Shown here piece after piece: positions 17,809-27,635 of a stretch of 64,000 bases of DNA. How positions within the stretch are numbered: position 1 is the stretch's first letter; each line of letters starts with the position of its first letter. Source of the stretch: a virus; the IMG/VR virus record IMGVR_UViG_3300031251_000004, positions 37,914-101,913 of that record; one strand, 5' to 3'. The notes under the pieces are model-generated. The model ran no database searches. It saw only the letters and a program-made list of their open reading frames with translations, and was not told where the DNA came from. The translations under genes and the position numbers were made by a program.

Positions 17809-18165
17809 TTACTCCTGATCTGCTGGTGCTTCTACTGCCGTCATTCCTTTATCATCAACCACAACTTTTGGTGCTGGCTGTTCTGATGTTTTCTTTATAC
17901 CTGAAAACTTCTTCATCACTGCTTCTGTATCCTCAGTTGAGGTAGCAGAAAAATGACGAACCTCGGTTTTTACTACTGGTTCTTTACCTACAAGGGTTAG
18001 GTCTAGTTTTAATGTTAGGCTAACAATTGTTTGATCAAATGTTTTTACACAATTTTGAACATTCTTAAGATCTTCTCGTGTTAGCTTTATACTTTCGTTA
18101 TTGACTGAAGTTGCCATGAAGTTTCTAACTGTAATTAGATTTGCAATATCTTGTAATAATTTCAT
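17809..18165 (-). CDS. Hypothetical protein
   Basis: 118 aa ORF, tightly packed in an operon. Confidence 0.6.
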   Translation of the reverse strand: MKLLQDIANLITVRNFMATSVNNESIKLTREDLKNVQNCVKTFDQTIVSLTLKLDLTLVGKEPVVKTEVRHFSATSTEDTEAVMKKFSGIKKTSEQPAPKVVVDDKGMTAVEAPADQE

Positions 18166-18166
18166 T

Positions 18167-18442
18167 TTAGCTCTTCCTTGTTATAGTGCCATCTTCGCCA
18201 AGAAGATCACCATCTGATAGGCGGTACTTTACTGCAAAACGCAGTACTAAGTTGTTATACGTTAGATCTGCTGTTTCACTTTGAGAAACAGCAAGTTTAG
18301 CGTTTGCTATTGCTGTTTCTCGTTTTGATTTTGCCAAATCAAGAGCTGCTTTGTCAGCGTCTTCTAAGCGCTCAGAAACTTGAACGCTTACTGGTTGAGT
18401 TGGTGCTGGTTGTGTTGATACATCTGGTGTTTGATCGGACAT
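18167..18442 (-). CDS. Hypothetical coiled-coil protein
   Basis: 91 aa, strong AAGGAG RBS, downstream of a sigma70-like promoter. Confidence 0.65.
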   Translation of the reverse strand: MSDQTPDVSTQPAPTQPVSVQVSERLEDADKAALDLAKSKRETAIANAKLAVSQSETADLTYNNLVLRFAVKYRLSDGDLLGEDGTITRKS

Positions 18443-18482
18443 AATTGTTCTCCTTTACCCGTATACTGGGCTTTCAGTAAAC

Positions 18483-18510
18483 AATATATCACTGATTATT
18501 TGTCTGTCAA
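18483..18510 (-). promoter_or_regulatory. Host sigma70-type promoter TTGACA-N16-TATATT with extended TG
   Basis: Minus strand TTGACA gacaaataatcagtga TATATT in the intergenic gap. Confidence 0.7.
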
Positions 18511-18539
18511 CAATTTTTATTATTTTTATTTTAGCTATG

Positions 18540-19886
18540 TTATAGTATTTCTGAGGCTAATGTAGCAAGCGGTGAGCGCTCACCTTTTGTTAGTAAAACG
18601 CTTCCGCATATATCATAACCTTTGAATTTCTCAATAGCATGTATAAGCGCATTATTAGCAGAGTCTAATTGCATATTATCTATTTGTTTTAAATCACCTA
18701 ACAGTACTACTTTGCTACCTTCGCCTATTCTTGTAATCATTGTTTTTAGTTCATGAAGGCTACTGTTTTGTACTTCGTCAATAATAATAAATGCATTTGG
18801 TAATGAACGCCCTCGAAGATATGAAAGAGCTTCCATTTCAATAAGCCCGCGTTCCATCATTAGAGATAGGTATGGATCTACACCTTCTTTATTATTTTTA
18901 TTCATTTTAGAACTTGAGTTTTTTATTAGAAAATTCAAATTATCTCTAAATGATGCTAAGAACGGTGATAGTTTTTCTGCCTTATCGCCTGGAAGGGTAC
19001 CAAGATCTTTACCAACTGAAACTATTGGCTTCATTATTATTAGTTTTTCATATCGTTTTTCTTGAGATTCTAAAACGCTATGCAATCCAGCAGCAAGCGA
19101 TAGTAATGTTTTACCAGTTCCACTCGGACCAGCCAATGAAACTAAGTTAACCGAGTTATCCAGCAAAAGATCTAATGCGAAGTTTTGCTCTGAACTTTTC
19201 GGAGAAATACCAAATACATTTTTATGTTTTCTAATTTCAATTATTTCTTTTTTATTAGCATGAAATCTTCCATATCCAAGCAACTCTTCTTTTGAAGACT
19301 TTAATACTAAAATATCATTAGCTCGTAATTCGTGTTTTTCTATAAAAACATCATGAACTTCTATGGAATGATTGCCAAAAAACTCATTCATTTGTTCACC
19401 ATCTATTTCGAGTTCTCTTACGCTATTATATATTTCATCAGCAGATTTGTATCTATCTTTTGTATAGTCTTCTGCTGATAGCCCGAGAGCTTTTGCGCGT
19501 ATGCGCAATGCAATATCTTTGCTAATTAGTATTACTTTTTCAGTACGATTTAGTTTATTAAGTTTTAATGCGCAAGACAATATTCTATTATCACCATATA
19601 AAAATGTTCCTAGTGATTTATCTTCCTCGGTGTTATTATCTATTTTTAATAGAATATTATTTTCTAACTTTATACCTTTTTCAATATCTTTATTATTTGG
19701 TAATAATCCATCCAATGTTCTAATAACTGTTCTTGCATTCTTACCAGTTTCATCAAGAAACTTCTTTAGTTTATCTAACTCCTCTAAGACTGTAATTGGT
19801 ATAACCACTATATTATCACTAAAAGATTTAAAACTCATAGGATCATACACGAGAACTGATGTATCAAGAATATAGATTTTTTTCAC
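18540..19886 (-). CDS. phoH: PIN-domain PhoH-family ATPase (PhoH2/YlaK type)
   Basis: PIN motifs ILDTSVL, VLEELD, DNRIL, SKD; PhoH motifs GPSGTGKT, LG.LPG..EKL, YLRGRS, IIDEVQN, GD..QID; GTG start with GGAG RBS preferred to TTG 19904. Confidence 0.9.
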   Translation of the reverse strand: MKKIYILDTSVLVYDPMSFKSFSDNIVVIPITVLEELDKLKKFLDETGKNARTVIRTLDGLLPNNKDIEKGIKLENNILLKIDNNTEEDKSLGTFLYGDNRILSCALKLNKLNRTEKVILISKDIALRIRAKALGLSAEDYTKDRYKSADEIYNSVRELEIDGEQMNEFFGNHSIEVHDVFIEKHELRANDILVLKSSKEELLGYGRFHANKKEIIEIRKHKNVFGISPKSSEQNFALDLLLDNSVNLVSLAGPSGTGKTLLSLAAGLHSVLESQEKRYEKLIIMKPIVSVGKDLGTLPGDKAEKLSPFLASFRDNLNFLIKNSSSKMNKNNKEGVDPYLSLMMERGLIEMEALSYLRGRSLPNAFIIIDEVQNSSLHELKTMITRIGEGSKVVLLGDLKQIDNMQLDSANNALIHAIEKFKGYDICGSVLLTKGERSPLATLASEIL

Positions 19887-19939
19887 TGTTATCTCCGTTT
19901 GCAAGAAATTATTTACATAGAACTAATTTATATTGATTA

Positions 19940-20308
19940 TTACTCCTTTCCGTTATCTTGTTCAAAAACTGTCCAAAATTCAATATTCATTTCCATATAT
20001 AATTTCTTGTTTGGATCAACCTGCGATAGATCCTTTTTCATTTTATATGTTGGTTTTTTCCATTCCGCAATAAGCTCTTTTTCTGCAAAAATCTTCAAGC
20101 AACCGTCGTGAGACTCAATAATAGTTATCCCATAAAACTCCAATGACTTTCGAGTTCTTATCTTATCTTCAATAGAAAGAGGCTCCTCGGATTTGTAGTT
20201 TATGTCTACTTCGAGAGCCTCTAAAATTGTCTTGATGAAACGGGATTGCTCCTGCGTTTCTATATTTTTAGTATTTTCGTTTCGTTTAAGTAAGATGGTA
20301 TAACGCAT
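19940..20308 (-). CDS. Hypothetical protein
   Basis: 122 aa, preceded by the promoter motif. Confidence 0.65.
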   Translation of the reverse strand: MRYTILLKRNENTKNIETQEQSRFIKTILEALEVDINYKSEEPLSIEDKIRTRKSLEFYGITIIESHDGCLKIFAEKELIAEWKKPTYKMKKDLSQVDPNKKLYMEMNIEFWTVFEQDNGKE

Positions 20309-20322
20309 ACTGTCTTAATATA

Positions 20323-20337
20323 ATACGAAAAAAATAG
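20323..20337 (-). promoter_or_regulatory. Putative phage promoter motif CTA-N8-GTAT
   Basis: CTATTTTTTTCGTAT followed by TATATT, as at 16553. Confidence 0.55.
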
Positions 20338-20347
20338 TAAATCTAAA

Positions 20348-22828
20348 CTAACATTTTGAAAAACCACAATCTTTACATCTAAGACAGCCTTCTTGATATA
20401 TAAGAGTATTTTCTTGTTTACAAGACGGACATACCTTTTCGCTAGCAGATTTTGCGCCATCCTGAACATAAGATTTTAATACCCTTGACATAACCATTGA
20501 GAATGAAGTTATATCTGAATATTTATCCTTTTGTAATTGCTCTACAATATATTGTACTGGAACACCGTGTCTTAATGACAACGATATGGTTCTTGAGAAC
20601 GCACCAAAATTAGCGTTCTCAAATACATTTGCAATATCTTTGATTGTCATTTGATCATCATCTTCGCCAACAATTAGGTTATATGTGGATATACCATCTA
20701 CTTTACCATTCTTTTGAATCTGACCCGTTTTATGTTTATTTGGTATATCAACATATTTTGATAGCCCGCCGAATGCTTCATATGGCTGTCCGTTTAGCAA
20801 GCCAATAAACATTGTCCACTGCTCACCTTTTATTTTGGCTTTCTTAATATCGCATGGAAGGATGTCTGGTCGTTTTGGAGCCATAGCTGTGTGAATTATA
20901 TTTGGACGATTTTCTTTTGATTCATTTTGTTCCATACTAACTAATACTCCAGATCTACACCCATCACGATATACTGTAAATCCTTTTGTTCCAGATTCCC
21001 ATGCCTTCATATATACTTCAGATACTAATTCTTTAGTTGCTGAATTAGGAAGATTACAAGTTTTTGATATAGCATGACAAGTCCACTTTTGAGCAACTGC
21101 TTGCAAATCTACACTTGCGACCCAGTCAATTTCATTTGATGTTGCTTGCCAATAAGGAGACTTTTTAATATTAGTTTCGCCTGTAATTTTCATCCATTTT
21201 TTTACGCCATGATGATATACATTGAATTCCTGCCACTTATCACCAAGCTGATCGGTAAAATCTACTTTAGCATTTTTATCTGATGAATTAATTTTCTTTC
21301 TTCGTTTATATTCCAAAAGAAATGGAGGTTCAATACCCGAAGTTGTTTGAGTTAATGTTGATACGCTGCCAGCAGGAGCCGTAGTAAGTAATGCTATATT
21401 CCTTCTGCCATTCTTTTTATATATTTCATAAGTTTTTTTATCAGCTTTCCATATCTGTTCTAAAAACTCATGACCTTTTTCTTTTTCAAAAGAAAATACT
21501 GGGAATGTCCCTCGTTCTCCAGCCATAATACAGGTAGAACGATAGCATCCTATTGCTAAATGTTTATATATTTTTTCGGTTATCTCTATTGATTCTTTAG
21601 ATCCGTATTTTATATTTAGCATTGCTATACAGTCACCAACGCCAGTTATACCAGTTCCGGTTCTTCGCCCATTTATACATGCCTGTTTTACCTTATCCCA
21701 TAACTCCAATTCAATTGCTTTGACATTTGCGGGTTCGGGATCTTTTTTTATTTTTGCTATTATTTTATCAATTGATTCAATTTCAAGATCAATCATATCA
21801 TCCATTAATCGCTGCGCTTTAATTGAATGATCTAAAAATAGATTAAAATCAAAATCAGCATCTTTTGTAAATGGATTATTTACATATGATGTAAGATTTA
21901 TTAACAACAATCTACAACTATCATATGCTGACAAAATCAATTCGGAGCAAGGATTTGTTGATATTGATTTATACCCCATATCATTATATATATCTGATGG
22001 CGTTCTTCGCAAGGAAGTATCCCAAAATAATAATCCAGGCTCAGCACTTGTATGAGCCGCATCTATAATTTCATCCCATATTTCTTTTGCATTAATATAA
22101 TTAGACACTTCAGGGGTATCAGAATCAACCGGCCAACGAAGCTGATACTGTTCGTTATTTTTTACTGCTTTCATGAATTCATCTGACAATTGCAATGATA
22201 TATTTGCTCCAGTTACTTTTTTTAAATCTTTTTTTATATTTATAAATGTTCGTACTTCTGGATGATGAATAGAACAGGTTATCATGAGCGCGCCTCTTCG
22301 CCCAGACTGTCCAACCTCTCTAATTGTATTAGAGAATCTTTCCATAAACATACCAATACCATCTGTTGTTTTTGCAGCATTCGCTGTAGCAACTCCTTTT
22401 GGTCGTAATGTTGATATATTGAGACCAACGCCACCTCTTCGTTTTGATATTTGAGCGAGTTCCTGATCTGTTTTTAAAATACCCCCATAAGAATCATATG
22501 GGCTTTCAACAACAAAACAATTAGACAAACTTTGAATTTGATATGAGTTCCCAATAGCAGACATTGGGCTTCCCTGAGGGACAATATACTTGAACTTATC
22601 TAGTAACGCAAATATTTCTTTTTCATCCATGGGATTGGGATATTTACTTTCTATTCTTGCAAACTCTTTTGCAAGTCGCCAATGCATTTCAGTAGGAGTT
22701 AACTCAAGATATTCTCCTTTTTCATTTTGAAGGGCGTATTTATCTGTAAATACTTTACCTGCTAATTCATCACCATCGAAATATTCGATACTAGCCTCTA
22801 AAACTTGTTCATACGTATATTTTTTCAT
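20348..22828 (-). CDS. nrdJ: Class II (adenosylcobalamin-dependent) ribonucleotide reductase
   Basis: LSNCFV, RRGA.M, TNPCSEL, TAPAGS, SGIEP, SKT.NLP, KG.TVYRDG; C-terminal CPSC..EGC..C..CGFSKC; no NrdB partner nearby; start at MKKY (AGGA RBS). Confidence 0.88.
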   Translation of the reverse strand: MKKYTYEQVLEASIEYFDGDELAGKVFTDKYALQNEKGEYLELTPTEMHWRLAKEFARIESKYPNPMDEKEIFALLDKFKYIVPQGSPMSAIGNSYQIQSLSNCFVVESPYDSYGGILKTDQELAQISKRRGGVGLNISTLRPKGVATANAAKTTDGIGMFMERFSNTIREVGQSGRRGALMITCSIHHPEVRTFINIKKDLKKVTGANISLQLSDEFMKAVKNNEQYQLRWPVDSDTPEVSNYINAKEIWDEIIDAAHTSAEPGLLFWDTSLRRTPSDIYNDMGYKSISTNPCSELILSAYDSCRLLLINLTSYVNNPFTKDADFDFNLFLDHSIKAQRLMDDMIDLEIESIDKIIAKIKKDPEPANVKAIELELWDKVKQACINGRRTGTGITGVGDCIAMLNIKYGSKESIEITEKIYKHLAIGCYRSTCIMAGERGTFPVFSFEKEKGHEFLEQIWKADKKTYEIYKKNGRRNIALLTTAPAGSVSTLTQTTSGIEPPFLLEYKRRKKINSSDKNAKVDFTDQLGDKWQEFNVYHHGVKKWMKITGETNIKKSPYWQATSNEIDWVASVDLQAVAQKWTCHAISKTCNLPNSATKELVSEVYMKAWESGTKGFTVYRDGCRSGVLVSMEQNESKENRPNIIHTAMAPKRPDILPCDIKKAKIKGEQWTMFIGLLNGQPYEAFGGLSKYVDIPNKHKTGQIQKNGKVDGISTYNLIVGEDDDQMTIKDIANVFENANFGAFSRTISLSLRHGVPVQYIVEQLQKDKYSDITSFSMVMSRVLKSYVQDGAKSASEKVCPSCKQENTLIYQEGCLRCKDCGFSKC

Positions 22829-22900
22829 TCCTAATCCTTCTCGCATTTAAGATAGTTCTTTACTGCGTTTTCAACAACAACGCTGAAAACTAAAATCTTT

Positions 22901-23530
22901 TTATAGTCGAATATTTTTTTTCAAAACATCCAACGCGCCGTCAATCATTTTCATACAATAAAAACGTGATAGCTTCATTTTCTTGCAAACTTTGCTTATT
23001 GACAACGGCTTATCGCCATCAACTCCGAATACAAGATTTACTATTTTCTTTTGCTCCTCATTTAAATGATCCATCGCTGAACCAATTACTTTAGTTATTT
23101 CTAAATCTTCCGTAAGCGTCTCAGGTATATTTTTTTCTTCTTTTAGTTCTGGCATTTTCGTCTCTCTATGAGGCACATTAGCTTTTGCAAACTTCAACGG
23201 GTATCTAATAACTGTATGAGTGTTTGCGCTACGAGTTATTCTAGTTTCTATATACTTATGAGCCCACCAAAAGAAATTTCCTTTACTAGGATCATAATTA
23301 TTCATTGCTCGTACTAAGACTTCTAATCCCTCTTGGTTCAAATCTTCATAATTTGAGAACCCCTTATACTTATTGGTTCGCATCGATATCAGGTAAAAAA
23401 ACTTATCTATACATATTTGTTCGTGTTTCTTGTATTCTGCTATATCCGTCTGACTTTTTGTTTCCTCACTTTTATTTCGTAGTTGAATTAATGTCATCAT
23501 GAGATTTTGAGCTTCTTCAATAGATATCAT
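22901..23530 (-). CDS. Phage-encoded sigma70-family RNA polymerase sigma factor
   Basis: Region 2 YEDLNQEG...RA..NYDPSKGNF.WWA...I and region 4 L.EEQK.IV.L.FG..HTH; likely start MISIEE at 23530 because the TTG at 23599 lies in a -35 box. Confidence 0.85.
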   Translation of the reverse strand: MISIEEAQNLMMTLIQLRNKSEETKSQTDIAEYKKHEQICIDKFFYLISMRTNKYKGFSNYEDLNQEGLEVLVRAMNNYDPSKGNFFWWAHKYIETRITRSANTHTVIRYPLKFAKANVPHRETKMPELKEEKNIPETLTEDLEITKVIGSAMDHLNEEQKKIVNLVFGVDGDKPLSISKVCKKMKLSRFYCMKMIDGALDVLKKNIRL

Positions 23531-23571
23531 TCTTACCAGCCTTTTGATGGCATTAGCGCCAACAATTAACC

Positions 23572-23599
23572 AATATAAGACATAGAAAAAGAATGTCAA
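23572..23599 (-). promoter_or_regulatory. Host sigma70-type promoter TTGACA-N16-TATATT driving the sigma gene
   Basis: Minus strand TTGACA ttctttttctatgtct TATATT; same hexamers and spacing as 18483-18510. Confidence 0.7.
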
Positions 23600-23660
23600 G
23601 GTATTGGATGACTATTTTTGTGTTTGTAGTAAAAAATATATCTTGTTAGTGATAGAAAAC

Positions 23661-23858
23661 TTACTTTGAGTATCGATCTTTTGCCCATCCACCCCCAACC
23701 AGCGTGAAACTTGTTTGTGAAATCAAACGCTTAGGCGGCGGACTAATTTTATTATTTTCTTTACATGTAGGACACTCTTGTAATGGCTCGTCATGAACTG
23801 ACTGAACTGCCTCGAACTCTTTATCGCAAATTTCACAATAATAACAATAGGTTGCCAT
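23661..23858 (-). CDS. FmdB-family zinc-ribbon protein
   Basis: M.TY.Y.C..C...FE..QS..D.PL..CP.C...RLIS...F...GGGW...Y. Confidence 0.85.
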   Translation of the reverse strand: MATYCYYCEICDKEFEAVQSVHDEPLQECPTCKENNKISPPPKRLISQTSFTLVGGGWAKDRYSK

Positions 23859-23859
23859 T

Positions 23860-24090
23860 CTATTTTCCCTTATTCATAATCTTATTAATTACGTCTTGCG
23901 CTATCTTATTAGCTTCATCTTCTGATATTATATTTGTTTTTACTTTGCTATCTACTTCGGTTAGTATTTTTTGAATACGTTTTAGATTTCGCGATGGCTT
24001 TGGCGTTTTGCCTTGTTGCACATCATCGAATGCTTTTTTCAATTCTTTGATGGCGAAATCAATTACTTGTTTTTTATTATCATCTGGCAT
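23860..24090 (-). CDS. Hypothetical small helical protein
   Basis: 76 aa, AGGA RBS. Confidence 0.6.
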   Translation of the reverse strand: MPDDNKKQVIDFAIKELKKAFDDVQQGKTPKPSRNLKRIQKILTEVDSKVKTNIISEDEANKIAQDVINKIMNKGK

Positions 24091-24099
24091 TTTGATTTC

Positions 24100-24417
24100 C
24101 TATATTAGGAGTAAAAACTTATTTATATGTTCTTCTACTTCAATAATTTTTATTGTTAAATAATCAATCTTGGTAAATGAAACAATATATCGTTCGCTAA
24201 AATCTGATTTATCACTTAATTTTATTAGGTTTGCTTGTTGTCTATCTATGCTACGAATATAATCGAGCAGATCACCTTTATCATCCATCATGGTATGAAC
24301 TATTTTAGTATAATAGTTTTCTATTTTTCCATTAACAAAATTAGGATGCTTTTTATTAAAAAGAAACTTGTCTGCTACGCCGTAATAGATTTTATCGGGG
24401 TCGATTTCTTTTTCCAC
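24100..24417 (-). CDS. Hypothetical protein ending in the shared C-terminal motif (EHINKFLLLI)
   Basis: 105 aa ORF within an operon. Confidence 0.6.
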   Translation of the reverse strand: MEKEIDPDKIYYGVADKFLFNKKHPNFVNGKIENYYTKIVHTMMDDKGDLLDYIRSIDRQQANLIKLSDKSDFSERYIVSFTKIDYLTIKIIEVEEHINKFLLLI

Positions 24418-24712
24418 GATCTAGTCCTTGTTGAATTTGTTCATACTTGGCTTCACCTATGAAATTGGAGTATACTTTTTCTGAACTATATAATTCTTTC
24501 TGAAACTTTTGAGCGTCTTCTTTTGTTTTTGCTGTTAGCTCATGTCCTGTTAGTTCAACAATGCCCCTCCCGCCCAGACTAATTAAATGTATTATGTTTC
24601 CTTTGGCATTACATTTGGGGCAGGTGTCTGGATCAGGCGCTTTTATTGATTGTTCTAATTCCCATTCGTGATTACATTCTGGCGATTCATGTTTAAATTC
24701 ATATACTGGCAT
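24392..24712 (-). CDS. FmdB-like zinc-ribbon protein with helical C-terminal extension
   Basis: MPVYEF.H....C.HEWE..QSI....CPKC....LIS; first Cys replaced by His. Confidence 0.75.
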   Translation of the reverse strand: MPVYEFKHESPECNHEWELEQSIKAPDPDTCPKCNAKGNIIHLISLGGRGIVELTGHELTAKTKEDAQKFQKELYSSEKVYSNFIGEAKYEQIQQGLDRGKRNRPR

Positions 24713-24713
24713 T

Positions 24714-26111
24714 TTATTCCTTTATTTTTCCTATCCGATCTGATATATCATCAGGATCGGTTTTTGTAACACTGTTGCTATAGCTTGGATCATTTATTAA
24801 CGCACAACATGCGTAATTTTTTAAGGCCTTTCCTTTACCAAGCTCTGTTCGTCTAGATTTTATAATATGCATCGTGATATCTGGTTCTTCTGGCGGGCGT
24901 TTTTCTATTTGTATTCCGAAGTTAGCATTATGCATTATCATTTTGCTGCGGCCAATACGATGTAGCCCAATCTGATTTTCCATTGCCTTCTTACCTTGCA
25001 TAATATCATTTAATTGAACCGCACTCAACATAATAATTTCATGAACACGGGCGAACTCGCTTAACTGCTCACTTATTTTACCAAGTTTCAACCAGTCATC
25101 CATATTTTCATCTCTGGTATAATCCATCAATGACAAATAATCTACTACCATAACTTTTGGTTTCTTACGTGTAAGAACTATATCATTGAATATCAGCTCA
25201 ATGGTTTCTATTGTGGCTCCGCGTGGTATATCAACGATCTCAAAATCAAATGGATACTGCTTTACAAACTTTAAACATTTAGTCAGTCTCTTTTGCTCAT
25301 CATCGGTTAACTTTGCATCACGAATACCCTTTTGCGGTATCATACCTAATCTTGCTAATATACGTTCTTGCATATCATTGAATGGCATTTCAAGACTTAT
25401 ATATAATATATCAGTACCTTCTCTGAAATCTCTTTCCATATCAATTGTATTACCTTGAAGCCACATATTCATTGCCATATTCATTAGCAACATTGACTTG
25501 CCGCCGCCTGTATCTGCACCAATCAATAACATTTCCGATGGGCGCATGCCGCCCGTTGTAAAATCAAAAAAACTATATCCTGTTGGCATACCAATACCAA
25601 AATTAGGATCCTTTAATTTTGCTACATACCTATTCTTAAAATCATCAGCAGCGCCCTTTAATGTATTTTGTTCATATGCTTTGAGTTGATTTATATTTTT
25701 GATATTATTTAATACTGATTGAATATCACCAATACTCTTTTTTAAATCTAAATTATCTGCTTGACTTGTTAGTCCGTCTTTTAGATTATGAATAAGCTTT
25801 TCCGAATACCTCTTCTTTAATTTTTCTAAATCGTGCTTATATTCTTTATCATCATAATTGAATGCCATTATCCTATCGAATAATTGATCTGTGTGCTCAG
25901 CGAATGCTTTATTTTTAGCAGGATCAATACGCTCTAATATTACACGCTTAGTAGGCACATCTTTATATACACGAATATATTCAATAACCAATTTAGCAAA
26001 ACGCCAAGCGCTCGGATCAAACAACTTCTCATTGCAATCGTGCGCAAACTCCAATGCGTATTTACGATTGGTTAGAATTGTTTTTAATATAGATAGATCT
26101 AGGTCGTTCAT
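24714..26111 (-). CDS. dnaB: DnaB-like replicative helicase
   Basis: PTG...D..TGG.RP.E..LIGADTGGGKS, ISLEM, VVDYL, SAVQLN, IIKSR. Confidence 0.9.
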   Translation of the reverse strand: MNDLDLSILKTILTNRKYALEFAHDCNEKLFDPSAWRFAKLVIEYIRVYKDVPTKRVILERIDPAKNKAFAEHTDQLFDRIMAFNYDDKEYKHDLEKLKKRYSEKLIHNLKDGLTSQADNLDLKKSIGDIQSVLNNIKNINQLKAYEQNTLKGAADDFKNRYVAKLKDPNFGIGMPTGYSFFDFTTGGMRPSEMLLIGADTGGGKSMLLMNMAMNMWLQGNTIDMERDFREGTDILYISLEMPFNDMQERILARLGMIPQKGIRDAKLTDDEQKRLTKCLKFVKQYPFDFEIVDIPRGATIETIELIFNDIVLTRKKPKVMVVDYLSLMDYTRDENMDDWLKLGKISEQLSEFARVHEIIMLSAVQLNDIMQGKKAMENQIGLHRIGRSKMIMHNANFGIQIEKRPPEEPDITMHIIKSRRTELGKGKALKNYACCALINDPSYSNSVTKTDPDDISDRIGKIKE

Positions 26112-26452
26112 GCCATCACCATAATTTTATTTATTCTTTCCGAATCAATTTTAATTTCCATAAATGTATCCCAATCTTTATCTCGTAATGTATTCATATA
26201 AACATAATATGCCATTAATAATCTAATATCTTGATGCCCATCTAAATCCGATACGGTTGCAAGATCTCTAAAAAATCCGGCAATTGGTCCAGTTAATCCA
26301 TAGTATCCATTTTGGGATGTTACACGTTTTATAAACTCTAAACAAAACTGTGTATGTTCTTCTGTTCCGAACTCATCAGCAAACTCTGGGCGACCTTGTG
26401 AGAATGACCAATCAATAAAACTATTTATGTGTTGTTCTATATCTAAACTCAT
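26108..26452 (-). CDS. Hypothetical protein ending in the shared C-terminal motif (ERINKIMVMA)
   Basis: 114 aa; ATGA overlap with dnaB. Confidence 0.65.
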   Translation of the reverse strand: MSLDIEQHINSFIDWSFSQGRPEFADEFGTEEHTQFCLEFIKRVTSQNGYYGLTGPIAGFFRDLATVSDLDGHQDIRLLMAYYVYMNTLRDKDWDTFMEIKIDSERINKIMVMA

Positions 26453-26499
26453 TGTTTTTGTGTCTTTCTAAAATCTATGGATAGGTCTAGGTCGTTCAT
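26449..26499 (-). other. 16-codon chimeric minigene / insertion scar (MNDLDLSI+DFRKTQKQ)
   Basis: 26476-26499 matches the dnaB start 26088-26111 at 22/24; 26465-26475 equals 27638-27648 in the dnaC tail; TAATG and ATGA overlaps at its two ends. Confidence 0.75.
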
Positions 26500-27635
26500 T
26501 ATTTAATACCCAATTTGTTAAAATCATTTTCCCATATTGACACTAATTTATATCCATTAGATATAATAAATAATTCTTTTTCTAATGTTTTATTATATAA
26601 TAATCCGAATAATTTTTTATTATTCTTGTTTATATCATCAGGTTTATAAACGGCAGGATTACCATGCCAATAATCACCATAAAATTCATATATAGTTTCA
26701 CTATCTGGGTCATACCCATCTACTCTTATAAATTTATTAGCAATCTTAAGTGTTAAAAGCCTATGCTCATCGTCATTTGGTATTCCTAATAAATCCAACC
26801 ACTGTACCTCTTTTTTTGAAGTGCCAGTCGAACATCTTATACAACCACTTCCATACAAATGGTTTCCGGCAATTTGTAAAAATGCCCCATGTTGCGTGCA
26901 TATAATATCAATGTATTCCGAATATCCTTTATATACACTATTCGCATAATCATATTTAAAATTATGAATAAAATTTGCTTTTTCTATAAAACTTTCTTTA
27001 GTTAAAGAAATTAACTTTATTCGATTCTCCCTTGCACATCTTTGGCACCCATGCCCAGAAATATGATTTCTTGGGTCTATCAAGAATGAGCCATGTTCAA
27101 AACATATAACTTCTATTTTAGAATAAGAATCTTTATAAATCATTTTAGAATAATCATATCTATTATTATGGGATATGTTTGCCTTAAAAATAAACTCTTC
27201 TTGGGTAGTTATTAATGTCTTAACTAACCGTTCTCTAAAACATTTTGGACATCCACTGCCACTTAAATGTGATGCGGGCGTTTGAGTAAAACTGCCATGC
27301 GTATCACAAATAATTTTTACTTTAGTTTGATTATTAATATAATTAACTGTTATATAGTCATATATAAAATCATGAATATTATTTGATTTTTCAATAAATG
27401 AGTTAGAGGCGATAGATATCTTTTTTTTAGCCATATCAATTACTCCACACAATGGACACCCGCTACCACGTAAGTGGTCTTTTGGTAATTGAAGAAATAC
27501 TCCGTGCTCTGGACAAATAATATTTATTCGTACGCTACCACCAATATAACACACAAGACTATAATCATATTTATTATTATGAATAATAACAGATCTGGAT
27601 ACGAATTGTTCGTTTGTTAATTTTCTATTTGGCAT
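26499..27635 (-). mobile_element. Free-standing putative homing endonuclease: 4 DUF723-like Zn repeats plus Vsr/PD-(D/E)XK-like nuclease domain
   Basis: Four F..K...H...YDY...Y.....IIC..HG.F......H..G.GC..C repeats; C-terminal VDGYD...IYEFYGDYWHG...IWE; likely start MPNRK at 27635; flanked by an 11-bp direct repeat. Confidence 0.78.

Noticed and set aside
22867-22890. Inverted repeat GTTTTCA-N10-TGAAAAC upstream of nrdJ as an NrdR box, terminator or cobalamin riboswitch
   Set aside because: It does not match the NrdR consensus, the stem is short and AT-rich with no clear adjacent U-tract, and the gap is too small for a riboswitch.
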